Positions 57,701 to 64,000 of a stretch of DNA of 64,000 nucleotides are shown one piece after another; position 1 is the first letter of the stretch; each line of letters begins with the position of its first letter. Below the pieces are notes generated by a model. The model did no database searches. It had not been told where the DNA came from and was given only the letters and a program-made list of their open reading frames with translations. The stretch spans positions 41,788,001 to 41,852,000 of the forward strand of contig OZ260661.1 of assembly GCA_965285935.1 (NCBI GenBank), written 5' to 3'. The translations under genes were made by a program, and so were the position numbers. This DNA is from Ophelia neglecta (Eukaryota).

Positions 57701-58270
57701 ACTATAAATGATTGGATAGGCCGAAAAAGTCATGTTAAGGTGCCTGGGCAGAAGGGTGATGGGAGGGCATGAGCTTTCTCCAACAATGAAAGGGGATTGC
57801 ATACTTTCTTAGACTATTCATACATTTGAAAATTTTGCCCTATTCATGTTGCGGAAGAAAGGTCAAAAACCAAACAAGTTCACCTGTTTGACCTCCATCC
57901 TTTTTTACAGGCTTTCTGCTATGTGGGCTTTCCCAGATGTAGAAACTGAGCAGTTCTAACTTTATACCTGATACTTACATCTGGCAATGCTATATAAGTA
58001 TAATTTTCTCCTGTCAGAGGTGTTTGCATTTAGAAAGTGTTGTTTAGCTGATTGTTGACCACATATACAATTACACGTACCTGTATAAAACAAAACACAG
58101 CTCAACAGCCATATCTAATAGACACTGCACCCATTAAAATGTTTTATTTTTTCTACAGGTCATTGTTGATATTTTTATAGGTAAAGCAGTGACCCTTATT
58201 TGTTTACTTTTTACAGATTTAGTGATACATCATGGGAAAAAGTAGCCAATGATGAAATGTGGCATGCCAA
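15707..58270 (+). CDS. TMEM260: TMEM260, multi-pass protein O-mannosyltransferase (GT-C fold, DUF2723 family); 16 coding exons in window, 3' end not found
   Basis: Exons 15707-15798, 20985-21115, 22313-22344, 22544-22695, 22993-23170, 23927-24040, 24304-24483, 24942-25066, 31988-32105, 38141-38214, 38659-38752, 44496-44623, 52312-52366, 53236-53384, 57440-57619 and 58217-58270 (1856 nt, all GT-AG, phases consistent). Motifs: [82 protein letters not shown]. Confidence 0.97.
15883..16416. mobile_element. Non-autonomous DNA transposon (MITE) with GG...CC termini and 8-bp TSD (Mutator- or Merlin-like)
   Basis: Perfect TSD GTACAAAT at 15875-15882 and 16417-16424. Left end GGTCCCGGGTCAACTCGC; right end reverse-complemented GGTGTCCAGTCAACTCGC. 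Subterminal arrays of CAACTCGC (left) and GCGAGTTG (right). The superfamily assignment is inferred. Confidence 0.85.
16508..17195. mobile_element. Degenerate foldback/MITE hosting the hAT insertion
   Basis: Left arm cccgacacagg...ctgagtccctgtgtgtttgtgtg pairs with right arm cacataaacacacacaaggactcag...ctgtgtcaggg. Boundaries approximate. Confidence 0.55.
16558..17029. mobile_element. hAT-type MITE nested in an older foldback element
   Basis: Terminal inverted repeats (TIRs) CAGGGTGGCCA...TGGCCACCCTG; 8-bp flanks TTGTGTGT/GTGTGTGT (7/8); subterminal repeats of CACAGTGAG and CCGTGAG. Confidence 0.85.
17566..17714. repeat. Perfect 27-bp inverted repeat with 95-bp spacer
   Basis: GTAAAATTTCACATGCAAATGAGCAAA (17566-17592) and its exact reverse complement (17688-17714). 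Confidence 0.88.
18803..20278. mobile_element. hAT-type non-autonomous transposon, 1476 bp
   Basis: TIRs CAGGGTTGG...CCAACCCTG; perfect 8-bp TSD GTTTGTGA (18795-18802 and 20279-20286); multiple subterminal GGAAGAAAC/GTTTCTTCC motifs at both ends; no transposase ORF. Confidence 0.92.
20985..21115 (+). CDS. TMEM260: TMEM260 exon 2 (first TM helix, PSVPGGDS)
   Basis: tttttcag acceptor, G|gtgagt donor; contains the conserved GGD acidic motif. Confidence 0.95.
22313..22344 (+). CDS. TMEM260: TMEM260 exon 3 ([11 protein letters not shown])
   Basis: atttcag acceptor, 32 nt, gtaagc donor. Confidence 0.95.
22544..22695 (+). CDS. TMEM260: TMEM260 exon 4 ([10 protein letters not shown]...LIVLR)
   Basis: ttgcag acceptor, 152 nt, gtgggt donor; lies within ORF 22499..22843. 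Confidence 0.96.
22993..23170 (+). CDS. TMEM260: TMEM260 exon 5 (VTGCVG...[10 protein letters not shown]...CIK)
   Basis: tttttag acceptor, 178 nt, gtaaga donor. Confidence 0.96.
23927..24040 (+). CDS. TMEM260: TMEM260 exon 6 ([18 protein letters not shown]...)
   Basis: tttcag acceptor, 114 nt, gtcagt donor. Confidence 0.95.
24304..24483 (+). CDS. TMEM260: TMEM260 exon 7 (...GLLPYVYLP...RWTWG...[10 protein letters not shown])
   Basis: tttcag acceptor, 180 nt, gtatgt donor. Confidence 0.96.
24942..25066 (+). CDS. TMEM260: TMEM260 exon 8 ([20 protein letters not shown]...)
   Basis: ttttactag acceptor, 125 nt open frame, TG|gtaagt donor; phases fit both neighbours. Confidence 0.9.
27725..28300 (+). 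repeat. HINE-like repeat 5' end with (GCC)n, followed by internal tandem units
   Basis: GATATTATGGAAT...CACTGCCGCCGCCACCGCCGCAGA, also present at about 40150-40192; duplicated TACATCTTTTTCAAATT(T/A)GACACAGCCATAGAC; three copies of CTTTATTAATGACCTG at 28121, 28210 and 28279. Confidence 0.6.
31988..32105 (+). CDS. TMEM260: TMEM260 exon 9 (...[21 protein letters not shown])
   Basis: Poly-T tract plus cag acceptor, 118 nt, gtaagt donor; WRANLD motif. Confidence 0.95.
32611..33046. mobile_element. hAT-type MITE
   Basis: TIRs TAGTGATAGG...CCCATCACTA; 8-bp TSD TAAACTGA/TAAACTGG (7/8); CpG-rich interior. Confidence 0.8.
34226..34930 (-). mobile_element. Decayed 3' fragment of a non-LTR retrotransposon ORF2 (I-group-like; RNase H C-terminus plus zinc knuckle)
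   Basis: ORF 34226..34924(-) contains [21 protein letters not shown] (RNase H C-terminal motif) and [17 protein letters not shown]...C-x2-C...TIQYILL (degenerate CCHC). Most of RNase H appears deleted, and there are probable frameshifts. Confidence 0.88.
37258..37509 (+). mobile_element. 5'-truncated SINE with a Meta-type central domain
   Basis: Perfect 13-bp TSD CCATGTTAAATCC (37245-37257 and 37510-37522); A/C-rich tail aaacaaccaac; body contains GTCAGTATAATGTGACTGGG and CAGTGAGGCAGCACTATAAA, which I recognise as Meta-domain SINE sequence; tRNA-derived head absent. Confidence 0.85.
38141..38214 (+). CDS. TMEM260: TMEM260 exon 10 ([24 protein letters not shown])
   Basis: ttccag acceptor, 74 nt, AG|gtagga donor. 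Confidence 0.95.
38547..38844 (+). repeat. 78-bp direct repeat pair flanking TMEM260 exon 11
   Basis: Copies at 38547-38624 and 38767-38844, 8 mismatches in 78 nt by hand alignment, period 220 bp. Confidence 0.92.
38659..38752 (+). CDS. TMEM260: TMEM260 exon 11 (MCVETLMG...VLALQL)
   Basis: tttaatag acceptor, 94 nt open hydrophobic frame, gtaagt donor; converts phase 2 to phase 0 as the neighbours require. Confidence 0.85.
40220..40880 (+). mobile_element. Tyrosine recombinase fragment of a DIRS/Ngaro/PAT-type retrotransposon, frameshifted
   Basis: ORF 40243..40746 has FGYLRASNL (catalytic R), LKWTK (K), LCPVRA and YTPHAWKRG (HxxR-type). The other frame (ORF 40524..40931) continues [29 protein letters not shown] (W and catalytic Y). 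The frame switch falls in the G-run at 40721-40726. No RT or RNase H nearby. Confidence 0.9.
42222..42398. mobile_element. Tc1/mariner-type MITE, family A (TA|CAGT...ACTG|TA)
   Basis: TA|CAGTAAAACCTG ... CAGGTTTCACTG|TA; internal AAGGACA repeats; ACCTGACAATTAGGGACA is inverted at the right end. Confidence 0.88.
44207..44407. mobile_element. Tc1/mariner/pogo-type MITE, family B (TA|CC...GG|TA)
   Basis: Left end TA|CCGTAAATGATCTAATAGAGGACGCA; right end reverse-complemented TA|CCAAATTTGACCTAATAGAAGACCCA. Confidence 0.8.
44496..44623 (+). CDS. TMEM260: TMEM260 exon 12 (SNVYQCNQ...[10 protein letters not shown]...RGDLPSNTM)
   Basis: ctttccag acceptor, 128 nt, AG|gtatgt donor. Confidence 0.95.
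52312..52366 (+). CDS. TMEM260: TMEM260 exon 13 ([18 protein letters not shown])
   Basis: cttttag acceptor, 55 nt, gtaatg donor. Confidence 0.95.
53236..53384 (+). CDS. TMEM260: TMEM260 exon 14 (VLTYEWSLP...VNFPG...LDANQ)
   Basis: ttcgacag acceptor, 149 nt, AA|gtaggt donor. Confidence 0.94.
53534..55469 (+). mobile_element. Helentron-like non-autonomous element (HINE) with internal TGACCTTGACCT tandem units
   Basis: 5' end TTGTTGCCCCCC...GGGGGTTATGTATTTGG; repeated AGAAGTCATATACA...TGACCTTGACCT units at 53.9-54.3 kb; 3' end GGGGGGCTTGCATTTCTAAACGCCTTGTT (sub-TIR plus small hairpin). May be a composite of nested copies. Confidence 0.6.
57440..57619 (+). CDS. TMEM260: TMEM260 exon 15 ([26 protein letters not shown]...)
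   Basis: atttcag acceptor, 180 nt, GG|gtgagt donor; lies within ORF 57399..57623. Confidence 0.95.
58217..58270 (+). CDS. TMEM260: TMEM260 exon 16 ([17 protein letters not shown])
   Basis: ttttacag acceptor, 54 nt, AA|gtaagt donor. Confidence 0.95.
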
Positions 58271-58523
58271 GTAAGTAAGACAAAAACAAGAACTACTACA
58301 TACATGTACAGGTACACAAAGTTCATTATTCAGTGCACATTCCTTTCATGTAGCATTTGATCATGCCAGCAACCTTGACCATTTATGAAAATCATTTATG
58401 ATATATTTCATTATGATATGAATGCCAGTGCTTCTATTTTGTGACTTCATTCAGAAGACAGTGAACTTTAGACCTTTGGACATTATCATTTCATTCTTGC
58501 CAATATAAAAATAATAATCATTC

Positions 58524-59799
58524 TTATTGCCTCCCCCTTTTTTATTGAAAAAATTGTTGGGAGATATGTATTGAGCCTCTAGACTGTCCAGTCCCCCAGT
58601 ACCACCACTGCCAGATCTTTTGTAATGGCTGTAACTAAATAATGCCTGGACCCACAGAAACTATAGGCTTTTTATTGGTGTGAGTTGAATGGGACATTTT
58701 TCAGAATACTTTTAATGAATGTACTAAGTGTACTACTGTGTCTTGAGTTATGAAATAACTTCACCTGAGCTCATTAGTGTTACACCGATCAAACCCCTAA
58801 GCCTTGGGATAAACTGAAAGTAAATCTGAAAATATTTAGGGAATGTAAAAAAAGACATATTTTTTATGCACTCTTTCCAGTACTTCTTTTATATGGCAGG
58901 TAGGCCTTAACTTAGCATGGGGATAGTATAAAAAAGGGTATGCTGCCTACTCCAATGGTACTGCTGGATATGACCTTGACCTACCGATTTGTGGTCAATT
59001 TGATGTAAAAAGGCAAAAACAACAAGTGACTGTAACTGGGCAATTGCCTTGATGCACAGAAACCATTAAGTCCTGATTGATATGTTCGGGCCTGAGACTT
59101 TTTGGGACCTATTGGCAAACTTACTACTACTAATCCTGGAGTTAAGAATTGTTATTTTTTAGGCTTGTAGGTGCGAAACAGCAAAAAATATTACAGGTAC
59201 CGCACTGAAATTGACAGGACTGAGGCATCAATACTTGCCATATCCTGACTTAATTTGGGGAAAAATCTGAGAATAAAGCACTCTTTTTTTTAAAATGGCA
59301 GTAAGGTATTAAATTACTATGGGGAGAGTAAAGAAGTGTATTCTATGATTCCAATGGCGTTGTCCGATTTGACCTTGACCTATGTAGGTCCAATTGGCAG
59401 AATATGAGCTGAATTATTGCCCTGCATAGGACTGACAATATGTGTCAGTGATAATTAGTACGAACCTTCTGCAACTACAACTATTACTACCGGTACTCAA
59501 TTTACAATATTTTAATGACTGTGCTCCTTAATGCGAGTGTGATACATGAAAAAGGAATTACAGTGACAGCTTCAGAAACGATGAGGATAATATGACTTTA
59601 CTTGGTTATGAACTGATTAACTATTGGAAGAAATCTGAAAATGATTGGTTGCAATGGCTATGGGAAAAAATGTGATCTTGTTTTTGGGAGGGATATAGTA
59701 ACAATGGAAAACAAAATCTTTTGAATACAACAGATGGGACGGACATATGGACTATACCCACAAATAGATTGGGGGGCATGCATTTCTAAATGCCTTGTT
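58524..59799 (+). mobile_element. Helentron-like non-autonomous element (HINE), same family as 53534-55469
   Basis: 5' end TTATTGCCTCCCCC...GGGAGATATGTATTG; internal TGACCTTGACCT at about 58.97 and 59.37 kb; 3' end GGGGGGCATGCATTTCTAAATGCCTTGTT with a GCATTT-CT-AAATGC hairpin, nearly identical to 55441-55469. Confidence 0.65.
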
Positions 59800-61339
59800 T
59801 TTCCTATTTTGCATTGACCTATATTGTGGCCCTTTTTACACTCAAGGTAGCATGGGATGTAAGCTACTGTGTGTAAAGGGCCAAGATTTAGTTTGGTGCA
59901 AATGTGTTTGGAACTCCAATAGATAAATCAATTTGGGTGTCAACAAATATGCACATATATAGTCAAAATAGTACCAATACATACAAAGGATCTTTTTTCT
60001 TTGTGAGAGAAAAGAGGCATTTTTTCTCTATAATTGTTTAGGATTAATATGTGATTTTCTCTTGCATGAAGTTTTGCTTTGTTATGAATGAATCATTTAC
60101 ATCAGAAAAACTTGTCATGAAACAAATGATGCAAATTACCAAATTTTTGAAACAAATGTTACCAATAACAAATTCTGAGGTGAAATAACTGCTCAGTGTC
60201 CATGATTAATTTGAAAAAATATATTCTTCACAATCTCTACAAAAAGTCTAATTTAGGTATGAACTCTTCAAAATGTTGGCCGTTAAATTTAAAAAAATGA
60301 ATTGAAACTGGTAAAAACTGAATAAAGACTCCATAGTTATCTAATAAAACAAAGATTACTGCGAGGTTGAAATGGCCATTTTTATCCTGGGCTCTGCCAA
60401 GAATGTGACGTTTAAGATATGTTATAAATGGCTGAGTAGCTAGAAAACAGACACAGAAGTAGCAGAATAAATTTTGCTATTCAAAGATGTAGGCTCTGAA
60501 GTCGTAGCACCTGTGGGGTTAAACGCTGACCTCCATATTTTCAAAATTCTCATAAATCCATGCTTTCTCAAATGCTTATCATGACCGAACAAAATACTTT
60601 GTCGCTGGTGTCTCCATTCCATATTGGTTTTTTTCCTCACAGAATTTCTACTGGCTGAAAATCAATAAATCTGGCATGACCTAAATAGTTAACCTGGTAT
60701 GTCCATGTAGATACTAGTACTACTGATACCAAAACTAGTTAAATTGACTGTTAGACACAATTAATGATATGTATTGGATGAAATAATCAATCTTAAATCA
60801 AATTTGGCCTCGGCAATGTAATGATTATTCTTCTTGCAGCTTGTATAATAGAACTATTTGAATGCCAAACCACTAACCTAATCCTGATTCATACCTGAGC
60901 AGGTCAGAAAGCTATCATGATATACGCCGGCCAGGGATCATAAGGATTGCGACAAGCAGTTTAATGACTAGAAACAAAACTGCTAATAGCTAACATCTCA
61001 TACTTGTGCAAGTATGTTTGTGAGCTTCAACAGGTCGCTACAAAGAGAAAAAATGAAGAAAAAAGATAGCTTGTGATGGGAGGTAATCTGCCATCTTTCA
61101 CATCCGAACGAACAGTGCAACCGGATGCAAGCCAGGTGGCATTCTTATCCACCCTTCCATGAGGGTCAGTATCATGCGAGGATATACATAAGAGATAGAA
61201 TGTGGTCAAATAGCTACTGAATAAAATGTTATTTAATTTCTTACAAAACTGTCCATTTGATTCTTGATTATATAGACAGAGAATTGATGTCACTATTGCA
61301 TATGATTCTGGCAATGACATCTGAAAAGAGTTTGGTGCT

Positions 61340-62176
61340 ATCTCTGCTGGTATACACAGACATATGCTGGGGGTACATTAGGCATAGGTTGCATACGTTT
61401 CAAGCACGGTGGCACACGCTGGCATACGCTGAGGCAGAAATAAATTTTTAAGCATGCTTAAAAATTGTGTGCGTATGCGGGCGTATGGATAATATGCTTA
61501 GCATACTCTAGACATACACTGAATACGCTAGAGGTACGATATAGGTACGTCACTCATAGGGCGAGTATGCTGGACGTAAGTTGCCATACGTTGGCAATAC
61601 GTTGATTCACGGGACCGATTTGGGGACCTTGATCGCGCAGGATCACCTGACTCGTCATCAGCAGGTGTATCGGATATATCAGGTTTAGTAACATGTTTGG
61701 ATGAGGATGGTGATGGGGGTGGTTTTGTGGTCTCCTTGCCTTTTCCTCGACCTTTTTTATCGCGCTGATGATGACTGAGAGATGTCGAGAGAAATGTTGA
61801 TCGCCCGCTGTCTAAGTTGCAACAATGCAGCAAAGGTCGCCGATTATATAGGCACTTTGTCACATGATAGACGGTACGTTGGGCATGCACAGTTCATACG
61901 CTGGTCATACGCTAGCCATACGCTAGCCATACGCTAGCCATACGCTGGCCATACGCTGATATACGCTGGGCTTTTGCTGACATACTCTGCTCATAAGCTG
62001 ATATACGCTGTCAATACGCTGGCCATTCGCTACATATACGCAACTTGTAGGTTCAATATGGTAAGTATACGCACAAATATGTTTTTCCAAAGGCTTTTTG
62101 TGCGTATGAAAATTTTATTATGAATTTTCATACACAACTCTTACGTTTCTCTCATACACACTAGTGTGACAGGGCC
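61340..62176. mobile_element. Partial Harbinger-like non-autonomous element with CATACGCT subterminal arrays
   Basis: Right terminus GTGTGACAGGGCC followed by TTAA; dense CATACG/CGTATG motifs on both sides of a GC-rich core; left terminus not found. Confidence 0.55.
61895..61970. repeat. 11-bp minisatellite (CATACGCTAGC)n, about 7 units
   Basis: catacgctggt, catacgctagc x3, catacgctggc, catacgctgat, atacgctggg. Confidence 0.9.
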
Positions 62177-62347
62177 TTAAGCTGGATGCAGTGGGATACC
62201 AATCCGGTTTTCGGTTTATTGATTATTGATTATTACAGTGGTAAGATCTATGACATTTTCTGTTAAATCCTGTTGATAGGGACTATCATGGGCTAAACTG
62301 GGATTTGCATCCTCCATATGGAGCATACCTGACTGGCTGTTGACCAG

Positions 62348-62587
62348 GGGCCTGCTTCATAAACATATGTTTCTATGCCAGGCTTGGTCAAACCAGAGTT
62401 GAAATGAGCTCCAGCTTTAAAAAGCTTAAAAACAACTTAAACATGAATTCCCGTTTCATTGCACCCAAGCAGAAAAATATAGCTTTATTGATAGTTGTCC
62501 ATGATATATCAAAATCTACATTAATCATGTGAATTAATCCAGGATTTCAGGGATAAGCCAGGCTAATTACCTTTATGCAACAGGTCC
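62348..62587. mobile_element. MITE with CWG flanks (PIF/Harbinger-like)
   Basis: CAG|GGGCCTGCTTCATAAA ... TTTATGCAACAGGTCC|CTG; imperfect TIRs of about 16 bp. Superfamily inferred from the 3-bp flanks. Confidence 0.7.
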
Positions 62588-63386
62588 CTGGGAACATGGT
62601 CAATTAAGGTCAGGTAATGTTCCAGTACAGCTTCTGTCACTTTAGCTTTGCTCTGTCTTGGTATGTGACATTTGAAACTTGTACCTGTCTTTCAGCATCG
62701 TAATGTGGTAGCTTATATGTCCATTTTGCATAATGAAATATAATGGCAGGCATGGTACCCCATATTGGATGTGTTTAGTCATGTGCAATCATGGCATTTG
62801 TGAATGTTTTTCACCAAGTATGGGTCTGCCTGAAAAACTTCTTTCCATAATAATTGTGTCATTTGCTATCAAATACCAATTAAGAGTGTTTAGAATGTGG
62901 GTTATGTGAGTAGATAAGATATTTATGGAGCTAAATTGACATAAATTCTAAATAAATTCTTGAAATTTTGAGCTGAACAAATAACATTATAGAATTTTGA
63001 AAAGTAACAGGAGCAGAGTTAGCTGGTCAAACACTACTTACAACTTTCCTTTATTTCAGTTTTCTGATTCTTTAACAGACTGTCTCTTTTTCATGTCCCT
63101 GTCCCTGAACACTTTGTTGTAGGCATTTTAGTAAATTAAAATCAAATGGGGCCACTAGGCTGGAGACTTAGTACATTACATGTAGTGTGGGCATGATTTA
63201 AGAGATAAGTATGGTCAATTGATCAAGAGCTGTAACTAGACACATTCTAATTTGCTTATTAGATGTACAGTTTCAACCTTGGGTATTGTATTGTGATTAG
63301 TGTAAACCTGACATGGAGTATTCTGGCAAGGCTGTAGTAACCTAACCTGTCATGTTACTTAGTATGACATCATAAGCAGCAATATA

Positions 63387-63533
63387 CAGTGAAACCTGTC
63401 GGTCTGATTTTAAAGATGGTGCATTAAACAGGTTTTCTTAAACATTGAAAGTATACAGCATGGTCATCATGTTAGTGGTCTGAGTTGGCAGGTGGTCTGA
63501 TTATAGAGGTGGTCTTTAAGGCAGGTTACACTG
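63387..63533. mobile_element. Tc1/mariner-type MITE, family A
   Basis: TA|CAGTGAAACCTG ... GCAGGTTACACTG|TA; internal GGTGGTCT repeats. Related partial copies at about 37850-37929 and 55140-55222. Confidence 0.85.
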
Positions 63534-63878
63534 TATTTCTATTACCGGAATTCCACAAATGAATATTTTGATTGATAGATTCCATTGTTCAATTAGTATT
63601 ATAAATGCTATTGAATTTTTAGACAGCATGAAATGAGAGAGGAATTAATGTGATTGTTTTTACAAAGGCATTGTGACATGTTATATGGAGCTCTTAAAGC
63701 ATGGTGGGTCGGGTGAGTAATATCATTCTCATGCTTGTCACACCCACAAGATTAAAAAATAACAAGGCAAAACACTCCAAAGGGCTATTGAAACAGATTA
63801 GTCTTTGATATGGGGGTGGTCTGTACACCCCCTTAAACTGTCTTAAAGTAGTCTCATTACATTTACACATCACATATA

Positions 63879-64000
63879 CAGTGAAAACTGTCTAATCAGG
63901 TCAGTCAAGGGACTGCCCATATTTGGCAGGCGACCTTATTAGGTAGGTCATTTAATACAGCGATATATAAGGAGAAGGCTATTATGACTTTATTTGGCAG
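63879..64000. mobile_element. Left part of a family A MITE, cut by the window edge
   Basis: TA|CAGTGAAAACTGTC terminus followed by AGGGACTG and AGGTCA motifs resembling the other copies. Confidence 0.65.

Noticed and set aside
60643-60670. Candidate next TMEM260 exon after a good acceptor (ttttcctcacag)
   Set aside because: In the required phase it reads K-I-S-T-G-stop and lacks the expected C-terminal helical region; the true exon probably lies beyond 64000.
61895-61970. Possible CRISPR-like array
   Set aside because: The 11-bp units are contiguous with no unique spacers, the context is eukaryotic and there are no cas genes; it is a minisatellite.

Overview
AT-rich animal genomic DNA, probably from a lophotrochozoan invertebrate such as a mollusc (inferred from intron style and repeat content). 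It is not prokaryotic, so most short ORFs in the supplied track are noise. Two intron-rich genes lie head-to-head, with only 312 bp between their start codons. On the minus strand is the 5' part of UDP-glucose pyrophosphorylase (UGP2; coding exons 15394 down to 2078, continuing off the left edge). It has two candidate alternative first exons, a candidate 18-nt microexon and a GC-AG intron. On the plus strand is TMEM260, a protein O-mannosyltransferase (16 phase-consistent coding exons, 15707-58270; the last exons were not found and probably lie off the right edge). The introns hold many non-autonomous transposons: hAT-type, Tc1/mariner-type and Harbinger-like MITEs, several with intact target-site duplications (TSDs), and Helentron-like (HINE) elements. 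They also hold a 5'-truncated Meta-type SINE, a decayed LINE with an RNase H/zinc-knuckle remnant, and a DIRS-type tyrosine recombinase fragment. I found no evidence of a wholly new multi-gene system. The best leads are the combinatorial N-terminus of UGP2 upstream of a PAS-kinase-type site, the shared promoter, and an excess of TA-NNNN-TA palindromes that may be transposon excision footprints. All exon coordinates were read and phase-checked by hand; no database search was run.
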